Assembly (NCBI GenBank): GCA_030167865.1
Contig: JALAGF010005432.1
Location: forward strand, 1-56,413
Origin: Craspedostauros australis
Lineage: Eukaryota
DNA length: 56,413 bases
Reading direction: 5' to 3'
Every line of letters starts with the position of its first letter. Position 1 is the stretch's first letter. Of the stretch, positions 34,138-44,281 are shown in pieces. The notes under the pieces are model-generated. The model was not told where the DNA came from, ran no database searches, and was given only the letters and a program-made list of their open reading frames with translations. A program made the translations under genes and the position numbers.

Positions 34138-35013
34138 TTAACCGATGGTGAAGTTCTCGCCTCCAGCACCTTCCTGCTCCTGCTGTTGTTGCGGCTGCGG
34201 CGGCTGAGCGCCGCCATTGGCCTGATTGGCCATGGCCTCCATCAGCGACTTCTCGCTGCTCACCACGGGAAGCGACCGCGCCAACAGGACCAGCCAAACC
34301 GGCAGGAAGACGAGGCGGTTGACGGCGGCGTACCAGAAGGCGATCTGACCGAACGTGCGGAATCCATCGAGACGCAGCACCTCGGCCACGAAGTCCAACA
34401 GACTGAAAAGGGAGATGAAGAGGGCCATGTAGCTCCAGCACCCGCCCAACGCGAATCCCTGCTGCGACGACCGCGCGCTGATGTGCACGAACAGCATGAT
34501 GAAGAAGAGGGCCAGCCACTCGAAGGCGTCGACGAACCAGACCATGCCCTGCGTCACGATGTGCACGAGCTCCAGCGTTCGCCAGCCCAGCTCGTCGTTG
34601 TTGCTGCGCCAGCTCTCCAGGTTGAAGTCGTTCACGAGCTTCTCCGTCGCCAGGTTGGATCCGAAGTGCATGAAGCGGCTGATGAACTCGGTGAAGCAGC
34701 CGGCCAGGATGAGGACGGCCAACATCACGTGCAGTCCCACCATGCGCTGGCCCTGTCCCGACAGCACCCACGTCAGCTGCAGCATGGGGAACGCGAAGAA
34801 GAACCATCCCATGGTGGTCAAAATGCCGGCGGCCATGTGCGGAGCGCGGTTGTCCACGCGCCATTGCCATTCCTCCTTCACGTAGTTGGGATCCAGGGTC
34901 TTCCACTCATCGTAGTCGTAGTGCTCGCGGTTGTACTCGATGGCGTAGTAGATGATGATCACCAGGTTGCCGATGAAGAACAGCAAAGCCGCGAGGATGC
35001 AGCTGAAGTTCAT
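34138..35013 (-). CDS. Uncharacterised multipass membrane protein (paralogue B)
   Basis: 291 aa. Shares LDPxY, FNLxxW, LGWRxLE, WFxDAFEW, FVAExLRxDG and RTFG..NRL with paralogue A. Confidence 0.88.
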   Translation of the reverse strand: MNFSCILAALLFFIGNLVIIIYYAIEYNREHYDYDEWKTLDPNYVKEEWQWRVDNRAPHMAAGILTTMGWFFFAFPMLQLTWVLSGQGQRMVGLHVMLAVLILAGCFTEFISRFMHFGSNLATEKLVNDFNLESWRSNNDELGWRTLELVHIVTQGMVWFVDAFEWLALFFIMLFVHISARSSQQGFALGGCWSYMALFISLFSLLDFVAEVLRLDGFRTFGQIAFWYAAVNRLVFLPVWLVLLARSLPVVSSEKSLMEAMANQANGGAQPPQPQQQQEQEGAGGENFTIG

Positions 35014-35585
35014 GTTGCTCTATTACTTTGTTGCTTTGTTGGTGCTTACTAGTACTTGTACTAGCACTGGTATGCTCGTATCTGTGTGCAATGAGAGATG
35101 GCAATCCTCCACAGAGAGAGACTGAGAGAGAGAGAGTAGATCAAGAGAAGGCAACGAAGGATGATGCTTCCACAAATTTATGACCGCACAGGTGTGTCAT
35201 ACATTCGAGAGATGGTGTTGGGTGTTGGGTGTTGGCTTTGATGTCGCGGCGGAGGCAGTTCCACAACCACGAAAACTGTGCTGTGGAGCGTGCCAAGCAC
35301 GAGCCTCAAATAAAAACTACTTAGGTACCTCACTAGCCTATCGAATCATGACTGGATGACACGACTCATCTCGATGGACCCAGTTGACCAATTCTTCCAT
35401 CCAAAAAGATACGATCTCATGTCCACCAGAATCTTCGCGACCAACCAATCGATGAATCAACCACGCACTCCGCATCAACATCCAGAGAGATGAGGAAGGA
35501 TCTTCGACACAATACTACGACTCGTACTCGTCGCAACATCATCACAGCAGAAAGAACTCCGACAGAGTGGTCGCACTCATCCAAC

Positions 35586-38249
35586 ATGAAGTTCGTCGCA
35601 CTCGTCTCCGGTGGCAAGGACTCCATCTACTCCATCACGAAGGCCATCCAGAATGGTCACGAGCTGGTGGCCTGCGTGCACTTGGGTGCTCCCGTCACTC
35701 ACAGCAACAACAGCAGCAACGCCGGCAACAGCAACGATGGAGAAGAGGAGGAGGAATCCTACATGTACCAAACGGCCGCGTCGGAGGTCCTCACGACTCT
35801 CGTGGAGGAATGCATCGGTGTGCCGTTGCTGCTGCATCCGCGCGTCGGCAAGAGCCTCAACACGTCCATGGTCTACGATGGCAGCGACGCGCACGATGAA
35901 GTGGAGGATCTCTTCGTCGCGCTGCGCACGGCCCAGCAACGATTCAACGTCACGGCCGTGTCATCCGGCGCCATCCTTTCGAACTACCAGCGCGTGCGCA
36001 TCGAGAATGTCTGCGGCCGGTTGGGATTGACGTCGCTGTCGTATTTGTGGCGATTGGCGGATCAGAAGCATCTGCTGCAGCAAATGCTGGAAGATGGCAT
36101 CGAGGCGGTTCTCGTGCGCACGGCCTGTCCGCCGGGGCTTCTGCCACAGAGGCATCTCAACAAGTCCCTCAACGTGCTGTGGATGTCGGGATTGTTGCAG
36201 CGCATGCACAAGCAGTACCAATTTCATATGTGCGGCGAAGGCGGCGAGTATGAATCCTTGGTCATCGATGCGCCGCTGTACAAGAAGCGGCTGGTCTTTG
36301 ATGAAGTGGAAGTGGTGGAGACGGATGATGAAGTGGGATATCTCCGCATCCACAAGTGCCATGCCGAGCCCAAGGAAGGCGGTGCCACGTTGACGAATGT
36401 TGTGTCGCAAGCCTCCAATACCACCGACAGCTCACCTTCAACGTCAACACCAACGTCAACAGCAGCAGCGCAGCCAACGCCAGCAGCGACGGTACAGGCA
36501 ATACCAACTGTCGATGTCGTATATCTGCCACATTTCAAGCAGGTAGAAGGTGGATTGTGGCAGGTCTCGGAGATCATGGCACCGGTGGCTGCGCTTGATC
36601 CTCTGCAGCAAGCACAAAAGTCCGAAGTCGACCTCGCCGTCCAAGAGGCATGTCAAGTGTTTGCAATTCTCAAGAACATCCTGCAGCGCAATGGCTGCAA
36701 CGCGCAAGACGTGATGATGGTGCATCTGTACCTCAGCGAAATTTCGCACTTCGCAAGCATCAACGGTCATTATCGTGAGTGCTTCGGGACGTTGCTGCCA
36801 CCATCGCGGAGTTGCGTGGCCGTGGGAAAGAACGTTCTGCCCGGTGGTCGGCGCGTGATGCTGGACTGTCTTATCCAATGTGGAAGCGGCCTTTACATGA
36901 GAACGGCGGCGACCGATACAGACAAATTGGAAACCAACGAATACGCCATGGCCGCTCACGCCAACACAACATCCAAACTGCGTGAGGTCCTGCACGTCCA
37001 ATCCATCTCGCAGTGGGCACCCATCTGCGTGGGACCCTACAGCCAGGTCAACACCATACGATCGTCCTTGCATTTCATGGCGGGCCAAATCGGATTGATT
37101 CCGTCCACCATGAAGTTGCGTCCGACCTGGACGCAGCAGCTCGAGCAGTGCTGGACGAATGCCGCTTCCGTTCTGGATGCCCTGGACGGCGGTGGCTTGC
37201 AGGATGTTCTTTCCGGATTGGTGTACGTCGCAGGGTCTATCTACTGCCAGGATGCGACGACTGGACAGCAGATACAGGATATTTTGCAAGCCATGATTGC
37301 TAAGAATGGAGGTATCACCGCTGGCAAGATCGACAGTCCGCTCGTCGACGACGATAACGACGAGCTGTACGGAGGCTACGAAGATGAGGGTACATGGAGA
37401 GAGATGGAAGGTGCGAACGCTAGCAAAACAGACGATGACGATGGCGCTCGCGCGTTGGCGGAAAATCCGCTCCTTCTCGTTTCCATCCCAGAAATGCCGG
37501 TGGGAGCGCAAGTGGAAGTTGAGCTCGTCGTTCTTGCCAAGACCATACGCGAGCTTGGGCTCGAAATCAACACATGTTCCTCGTGTGTGCCATGCTCTCC
37601 GTTGCGAGATCCAACACCTGCCGGGAAAGTTGCGTGGGATACGGGTCACACATTTGCACCAAAACCCAGGGGCAGTCACAAGGATATCATGCTGGAGGCA
37701 TGCACAAAGTCGGTAGGACATGGTTCAGTCGCATCGGTGTTCGTCACCGCATCCACGAACTCACACTCACACAGTGGAGGACAAGATTCAGCGACATCGC
37801 CCGCATCATCATCATGTATGATCCAACCCGACGATCTCCTCCTTGACATGCTCAAGCTTTCCGAAAAGGTGCTCGCGGATTGTCGATCAGGCATGGCAGC
37901 GAACAACGTTCTGAACATACGGCTGTACTTCTTGGCATCGAAATACGAGTGCAATGGTGACGATGCCGTGGATGCTACTGATGCAGGAGCATCTCAGCCA
38001 ATGATGGCAACGAATGATGGATCGGCGCTACGTCAGTCCCTGGCAGTTGCAATCACTGGTTGGACGAAGTCGAAGTCGAACACGAACCACGTTCCAGCAA
38101 CCACAGTTGTTCCTGTGCAAGGCATCGAACTGTTGCCATCCAAGCAACCAGCTGGCCACACCAAGTTCCTAGCGATGCATTTGACATTGTTGGACCCGGT
38201 ACACTTCGAAACGGAAGCGTGGGTGCACAAAGAACGGCCGCGTGTGTAG
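35586..38249 (+). CDS. DPH6: Diphthine--ammonia ligase (ATP-binding domain plus two YjgF/RidA-like domains)
   Basis: MKFVALVSGGKDS, SYMYQT, DEVEDL, SGAILSNYQRVRIENVCGRLGL, CGEGGEYESLV, PPSRSCV, LHVQSISQWAPICVGPYSQ. Confidence 0.95.
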   Translation: MKFVALVSGGKDSIYSITKAIQNGHELVACVHLGAPVTHSNNSSNAGNSNDGEEEEESYMYQTAASEVLTTLVEECIGVPLLLHPRVGKSLNTSMVYDGSDAHDEVEDLFVALRTAQQRFNVTAVSSGAILSNYQRVRIENVCGRLGLTSLSYLWRLADQKHLLQQMLEDGIEAVLVRTACPPGLLPQRHLNKSLNVLWMSGLLQRMHKQYQFHMCGEGGEYESLVIDAPLYKKRLVFDEVEVVETDDEVGYLRIHKCHAEPKEGGATLTNVVSQASNTTDSSPSTSTPTSTAAAQPTPAATVQAIPTVDVVYLPHFKQVEGGLWQVSEIMAPVAALDPLQQAQKSEVDLAVQEACQVFAILKNILQRNGCNAQDVMMVHLYLSEISHFASINGHYRECFGTLLPPSRSCVAVGKNVLPGGRRVMLDCLIQCGSGLYMRTAATDTDKLETNEYAMAAHANTTSKLREVLHVQSISQWAPICVGPYSQVNTIRSSLHFMAGQIGLIPSTMKLRPTWTQQLEQCWTNAASVLDALDGGGLQDVLSGLVYVAGSIYCQDATTGQQIQDILQAMIAKNGGITAGKIDSPLVDDDNDELYGGYEDEGTWREMEGANASKTDDDDGARALAENPLLLVSIPEMPVGAQVEVELVVLAKTIRELGLEINTCSSCVPCSPLRDPTPAGKVAWDTGHTFAPKPRGSHKDIMLEACTKSVGHGSVASVFVTASTNSHSHSGGQDSATSPASSSCMIQPDDLLLDMLKLSEKVLADCRSGMAANNVLNIRLYFLASKYECNGDDAVDATDAGASQPMMATNDGSALRQSLAVAITGWTKSKSNTNHVPATTVVPVQGIELLPSKQPAGHTKFLAMHLTLLDPVHFETEAWVHKERPRV

Positions 38250-38805
38250 ACACGATTGTTATCGCGAAAGGTCATCCACGGTGTTCGAGCGAAGGACGAG
38301 GCACGAAGCAATAGCGAACATCATCGTTGTCACCATCGCGGTTGTGATTGTGATCGTGTTCAGCAGGAGCGCAACTGTGGCACGGTGCAAGATGCCAAGG
38401 TTTGTATACGCTGCACGTCCCCATGGCTCAAAGTCTCCACGCTGAAAGTTTTGACGATGGTCAATCGTGCACAAGTGCACCCACGGCAATGGCCACGGCC
38501 ATAAACACGGTCAATCAAGACTATACCAACGTGTACAATGCGTCTTCTCACATTGAACGTGTTCAATGTGTTCAACGTGTTCATCGTGGCACACAAGCGA
38601 CGATGGAAGCACTGCACTCAGCTTTCATCGCTTCATGGTCCATCACAATCTCTCTCCCACTCCGATTCCATCGAAGCACATAAACGCGTGATCATCAAAA
38701 CAAGCAAGGCAAGCCAGCAAACAGAACACAACAAGTCAACTCCATTTCAAACGGAGACTGGTCGGTGTCCGTCAATCTCAACAAGTAGCCCACACGTGTA
38801 ACAGC

Positions 38806-40122
38806 ATGCGGCTATACAACTCTGCGCTTTGCACTCCCGTGGGATCACCCAAGGATGGACACAACTGGTCTCCTCCAAAGCGATACATCCCCCCGCAAAC
38901 CGAGGACTCCTTGATGCCGGAATGGTTTTCTAAGCGAGTCTCGATCCTGAAGGCCAGAATGACCACGCCATCTACTCGTCCGAGCCATGACGACCCAATA
39001 GCCAAGCCATCAAACGCCGCGCTACAACCAAGACACTTGTTTCATCCGATCACAGGTAAATATGATGGTGAAGATGGTGATGGCGATTGTGACGATGGGG
39101 TCCCCGAAGGCGTTGCCGCATCCCAATCCACAAGCCGCAGCGCTGAACAAGGTGACTTGGCCGCCTCACCCTCAAGCTCGTCCACCATCAGCACAAGAAG
39201 CGATGTCATTGCAGACATGCGGCATGCGGATGAGGCCATCATCTCCGTGGATCCTCACGGCTCCAAGCACACGCCGCCCAAGCAGATTCGCGACACAGAT
39301 CATGGTCACGACTACGGTCGCTGTCGGCCAGCTCGAACCAAACAGATGCCATTGAAGCGCAAACAAGCTTACATCGGCGATGCGTTACCTCAGACCAACA
39401 GCAACGTCGATGGTGGCGCTTCGGGTTACCACCCAGCTGCCCCACGACCACAGACCACACCCAATGATGATGTTGCGCAGGAGTCGATGGACCAGGACAC
39501 TGATGACAATCCATTCCACGTCATCGCGAAGTACCGCAACAACTTGGCGGGCCGTCACAAGTCCATACGACCCAACAAGCCCGACGAATCGAGAGGCAAA
39601 CGTGATCACTCTCATTCCTCGCCCCCCAAGTCCAACGCCCGCAGATTGAAGAAGAAGATGCAACTGGCCCCCACCATGCATGTGAAGAAGCTCTCCAATG
39701 CTTGGCAGAACTTTTCGGGAGAAATTGACCGTCCCTTCCGTGGCTTCGCGAACCGTTTGTCCACGAGAAATCCACGGTCGTCGTTCACGCCGGTAGAGAA
39801 GGCCAAGACGTCGCCCAAGGCAAGTCCAGAGATCGTATCCCCCCGGCCAGTCGTGATCCCGGTGGCTGGATTGCAAGAGAGCCCCTGGCATCAAGGACGC
39901 AACTATCCCATCAAGACCCAGCAGCTGCGCGGGGCACCGCAGCGCAAGCATGGTCATGATGGTTCGTCCTCAGCCACCTTTGATTTGTACGCTCAGATGA
40001 TCGTGCAAGGACAGCCATTTGATCATGTCGAAAAGTCCATGCTGGATGGCGGTGTCGACGAGGGGATCGTTCGTTTGGTCCGAACAGCATGGGATTGCGG
40101 GAACGAAGTCAACATGATCTGA
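38806..40122 (+). CDS. Hypothetical low-complexity protein with a C-terminal CCDC53-like motif
   Basis: 438-aa ORF. C-terminal FDLYAQMIVQGQPFDHVEKSMLDGGVD resembles the Y.KM...G.P...V...M..DG.D motif. Confidence 0.65.
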   Translation: MRLYNSALCTPVGSPKDGHNWSPPKRYIPPQTEDSLMPEWFSKRVSILKARMTTPSTRPSHDDPIAKPSNAALQPRHLFHPITGKYDGEDGDGDCDDGVPEGVAASQSTSRSAEQGDLAASPSSSSTISTRSDVIADMRHADEAIISVDPHGSKHTPPKQIRDTDHGHDYGRCRPARTKQMPLKRKQAYIGDALPQTNSNVDGGASGYHPAAPRPQTTPNDDVAQESMDQDTDDNPFHVIAKYRNNLAGRHKSIRPNKPDESRGKRDHSHSSPPKSNARRLKKKMQLAPTMHVKKLSNAWQNFSGEIDRPFRGFANRLSTRNPRSSFTPVEKAKTSPKASPEIVSPRPVVIPVAGLQESPWHQGRNYPIKTQQLRGAPQRKHGHDGSSSATFDLYAQMIVQGQPFDHVEKSMLDGGVDEGIVRLVRTAWDCGNEVNMI

Positions 40123-40390
40123 TTTGAATGATGGTGAGAATTACCGGGATTGGCGAGAAGAGGAAAAGCCGCATTGGACAGAAAAGGCAAGGTCTGGGAG
40201 GACGTTACGACTGGAAATAGGAGTAAGAAGGCGTGGGTGTTGTGTAAAATGTAATGTCGTAGAAAACCATGGATTGAGACAGTTCTTGGCTGGTCATCAC
40301 TGTATGGACGGGTATGTAACGCTTCATTCTTCCAGTACACGCACTGCGTACTCCTCCCTGATTATTTCCTCATCTTTGCGCTGTAGTACT

Positions 40391-42850
40391 CTATTCTGCT
40401 TCCGCCACGTAATACGTTTCGAGCGGACCCACGAAATCCATCATCATGAGCTTGGCAAAGGACGAGATGGTGGCCTCCGTCATCTTATCATGCAGCACGT
40501 TGCGATCTTCCGTGATGACGCGGATGGTGAACTCTTCGACGTGCGCGTTGTCCGCGTCCTTCCCAGACCGTAGCACGACCTGGATGGTGCCTTCCTTCTG
40601 GCTGACGATGCTGGTCTCCCAATTGGTCATGACCGTGACCTTGCTGCGTTCGTCCTGGATCATCCCCGATGTCATCAAGGCCCCGTAATTGGGTTGGTTG
40701 TCCAGCATAGTGTGGATGTTGGAAAAGTAGGCACCATCCGGATTGTGCATGGTTGAGAAACGTAACCTCAGGACGAGATCGCCCGATTCGTACTCAGCGT
40801 CGAGCACGCTCGTGGAGGAGATCTTGAAATCCAGCACGCCATCATGATGCGTGATGGTGCGTTCCACTTGGAACGTGGGCGTTGTGATGGATCCCTTCAC
40901 TGATGCCTCCATGCAGTTCATTTCATCGTCTTTGCCCGGTTTCATGATGGCGGACCTCACGCCCTTGTCGTTGTTGATCATGAACCACTGCTCGTCGAAT
41001 GGCTCGGAAACCAATCCGTTCGTGTCGCTGGAGCAGAGACGCCGCGACAAGGACGGCTCCGTGACTATCTGCTGCGCATGGTTCCATCCCAGACCGTACT
41101 GCTTGGCGTAGGCCCAGCGGCACAGACGGCACTCGGGATCTGTTCGCGTGAAGGCGTACTTGTTCTCGAATTCGGCAAGGAGAGTCTCGTCGGTGCGCCA
41201 GGTATGGTAGGATTCCCACAGCGCCTGATCCTCCGACACCATCTTGACGCGATGCGCCAGCATGTCCCAATCCTTGAAGTCGCCCGCATCGATGTAGGAC
41301 TTGGGCGGGAGATGATCGCGTATGTTGCCGGCCCCCACGACGACGGGCAAAGCTCCCGAGACGAAGCTCTCCCACACGCTTTCGGAGATGTGATCGCTCT
41401 CGCTGATGTAATCGAACGCCAGCACGAAACGGTACTTCTGCATGAGCTGGATGCGACCCTGCGCCGTGTCGATTTCCTCGCCGAATGGGACCTCGGCATT
41501 GTGGTTGCACGTGCCCACGGCGGAGACGGGGAAAATCCTGGTAAGGGCCGCCACGTACTTGTTGCGTCGCGTCTGCGCGCTGCAGTCCGTGCTGGCGAAG
41601 TAGATGGCCTCGTTCTGCGTCATGTCCCATTCCACCGCGGTTGTATCACGCAGGGAGAACTTCTCGAAGGAGTAGTGCGACATCGGCACGGAAGAGAGCC
41701 AGCTCTGCGTGGAGTAGAACTTGTTGCGACGAAAGGCCGTGAGCTCCAGCTTGGCCTCCCTGGAGCGGTAGGAGTCGGCCATCGTCTGCACGATCTCCCA
41801 TGGCTGACCGTCGATGTACCGCAGGTTGCCGCCCATCCCGCGCTCGTGCTTGCAAGGAACGTCGCATTCCACATCCTCCAGATCCGACGGCACCACTGCT
41901 TCTTCGGTGGACTTGATGACGACGGGCGGCATGTTGACGCCATCGAGCGGTGGCACATCCACATCCAGCACGCGCACGGTGGTCTCGGCGCACGCGTCGG
42001 GCAGCTGGATGGCCTCCTTCGGCGCGATGTGATGTTCGCACCACGTTCTCGCGAAATTGGCGGGATTGTAGGCCACGATGGGACTGTCCTCGCAGTGCGG
42101 ATCTTGCAGGAGGTTGCGATCCTGCACGGTGCGGCACGACGTGAGCGAGGAGGCGCCGACCTGCCCGGCGGCCTCGGACATGAACTCCGAACTGACGCCA
42201 TCGAATTGGTCACGGAACTCGGGATGCCGACGCTCGTGATCAAAGTCCTTGAGGTAGGCCACGGAGGTCGGTCCGCTGCCTTCCCTGGAGATGGCGATCT
42301 GATGGTTGGCGGATCCCGGTTCCGGTTCGCCCTGCGTGTTGCTGCCATCCTGGAGGACGATCTGGCTTTCGGCGTCCTCATCATCCTCGTCTGCTTCATC
42401 CGTCGCGTCCGCCTGATCCTTGGAATCCTTGGCGACGCCGTCATCGTCACCACTTGCACCAACCTCACGCGTCAGATCCGGACTCGAAAGCTCGTTGATA
42501 TCGGCCGCGGGTTCATCGCCCGACGATCCCTGCTGCCCGCTGCGCAGATTGTCGCCAGAGTCCGCATGGACGGTCGGCTTCGCTGCAGTCGGCTTCGTCG
42601 CAATCGGCTTGGGGTCCTCCGCATGCGTCTTCATGTTGGCGACGCGCTGCACGATCTCCTGACGCGCTTTGGAATGACTGCTGAGGGACGACAGCGCCTT
42701 GGACGCCTCGAGCTCGTCCAGAGGCGAACTGGATGGCGTCATGAGCATCATGAAGACGAGGTAGACGGCCACCAAGACGCAGGCCACGCGCAGCAGCAAG
42801 CCGCCGGAGGATCGCGCGTTCGATCTGCGCCGTTTTTGGATTGCGACCAT
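40391..42850 (-). CDS. Glycosyltransferase family 10 (alpha-1,3/4-fucosyltransferase-like), type II membrane
   Basis: 819 aa with N-terminal TM and acidic stem. YFASTDC..RNKYV, G.C.HN, KYRFVLAF..D.ISE..W.S..SGALPVVVG, YHTWR, CRLC. Confidence 0.85.
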   Translation of the reverse strand: MVAIQKRRRSNARSSGGLLLRVACVLVAVYLVFMMLMTPSSSPLDELEASKALSSLSSHSKARQEIVQRVANMKTHAEDPKPIATKPTAAKPTVHADSGDNLRSGQQGSSGDEPAADINELSSPDLTREVGASGDDDGVAKDSKDQADATDEADEDDEDAESQIVLQDGSNTQGEPEPGSANHQIAISREGSGPTSVAYLKDFDHERRHPEFRDQFDGVSSEFMSEAAGQVGASSLTSCRTVQDRNLLQDPHCEDSPIVAYNPANFARTWCEHHIAPKEAIQLPDACAETTVRVLDVDVPPLDGVNMPPVVIKSTEEAVVPSDLEDVECDVPCKHERGMGGNLRYIDGQPWEIVQTMADSYRSREAKLELTAFRRNKFYSTQSWLSSVPMSHYSFEKFSLRDTTAVEWDMTQNEAIYFASTDCSAQTRRNKYVAALTRIFPVSAVGTCNHNAEVPFGEEIDTAQGRIQLMQKYRFVLAFDYISESDHISESVWESFVSGALPVVVGAGNIRDHLPPKSYIDAGDFKDWDMLAHRVKMVSEDQALWESYHTWRTDETLLAEFENKYAFTRTDPECRLCRWAYAKQYGLGWNHAQQIVTEPSLSRRLCSSDTNGLVSEPFDEQWFMINNDKGVRSAIMKPGKDDEMNCMEASVKGSITTPTFQVERTITHHDGVLDFKISSTSVLDAEYESGDLVLRLRFSTMHNPDGAYFSNIHTMLDNQPNYGALMTSGMIQDERSKVTVMTNWETSIVSQKEGTIQVVLRSGKDADNAHVEEFTIRVITEDRNVLHDKMTEATISSFAKLMMMDFVGPLETYYVAEAE

Positions 42851-44119
42851 TTTTGTGGCTTGATTTGGCGGTCAATCAATCAATGAACGAATGCAGTGCA
42901 GTGGCGGTGATGTCCTGTGGAGTGATCAAAGGATTGCGCAATACCGATGGCCGCACTCTGCGGATGCATCGAGGAGGTATGGTACGACTAGTCGTATGAC
43001 AGCTCCGCTCTGTTCTCTTTCTCGATGCTCTTGACAGGAAAGTGTGGTCGATTTGGCTTCTGCCACCAATTTGTGCCAGGTTCGACAACAAGAAGAGTGA
43101 CCGTTATGAAGCCGAAAGTCATCTTGGATACTATCCTGCGCAGTCTACTCAGTTGGTAGCTAGAGGCTGAACCAAATCCAAACCATTTTGATCGAAGGAG
43201 TCCATCGCTAAGGAAGAAAAAAGAACGTTGTGTTGGCGCGTGCAAAGCTCCTGTCGCGTTGTTTGAAGTTGCGTTTGTTCCCAAGGCGCGCGTGGAATCG
43301 GTCGTGGAAAACAATGAAGACGACAAAATGCGGGGTGTGGCAGACTTCAAGTGCCCGTGGACAACACTGGCAATGAGATTCGGAGGATGCGAAAATTGTG
43401 GTTAAGATTAGTGCGAGTGTGCGGGATGATGATCGTAGTCGTCGAGTGGTATAATATTTACAGAGAGTGGTGTTGCGTTGCTGTTGTAGGCGAGGTTAAA
43501 TTGCATCTGATGTTGTGCTGCGTAGCATGTCGTTGGTGAGTCAGGTGTGTGAAGAGCATGGGTGTTGACGTTGATGTTGTAGTGTATTGTACAGAGGAAA
43601 AATGGAGGTCTGAGCTCCTTGAGAGAGTTGGCGGCGGTGCCTGCTGTGTGAAGGCGACGAATGAAGCCCAGCGTCAAGAAATGTGACTTCGGGAGGAGGC
43701 GGATTGTATCCGCCCAGGCATGCATACTTCGGGGAGTACCCGTGCAATGTGCATGGTCCATTCGTCTGCTGCTCTTGAAGTAGAGAGGCCGCGCGTGATC
43801 GGGCAAGATGTGCAAAATCGATCACGGTGAAGGGGCGCTGCCGAAGACACCAACTTAAAGGTGCCTGTGCAGCGCCCTTCGATGGCTGCGGTGCAGGCAA
43901 GGGTTGCGGTCTTGGGGGAAAGAGACCTGGGAGGTCCTCAATAGGACGGGGTGTTGCGTTGCGTGCATATCCTTGGCTGGCCATTCTGTTGCCGCCAGGA
44001 GGCCTGGCCAAATACCTCTCCTGATGTGAGGCGAAGCGAAGGCTCGAGGCCAGCATCGGTGCGCGGATGAACTGGTATGGGCGGCTGCTGCTTGAAAACT
44101 GGCTGACAGATGAACTCGC

Positions 44120-44281
44120 TCATGATCCAAACATGTCGGCGTGCCTCCGCAGCTTGCCCAGCCTGGAGCCCTGCGAGCTGCTCGCCAGGAAGTTCCGCGT
44201 CTTCTGGTCCACCACCACGTCCTTCTCCTGGTTCTCGGCGACGCTGCTGTCGCCCTTGTTCTCGTCCTCCGCAGACGACAT
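44120..44281 (-). CDS. Small ORF (53 aa; 68 aa if the ATG at 44326 is used)
   Basis: MSSAEDENKG...LGKLRRHADMFGS. Nearly all codons end in G or C, unlike the flanks. Confidence 0.55.
   Translation of the reverse strand: MSSAEDENKGDSSVAENQEKDVVVDQKTRNFLASSSQGSRLGKLRRHADMFGS

Noticed and set aside
1933..42850. GT61, GH30 and GT10 as a glycan biosynthetic cluster
   Set aside because: They are 13-21 kb apart with unrelated housekeeping genes in between.
43541..44122. Selenocysteine read-through of the TGA at 44120-44122
   Set aside because: No redox motif around the TGA, codon bias is lost downstream, and no SECIS was recognised by eye.
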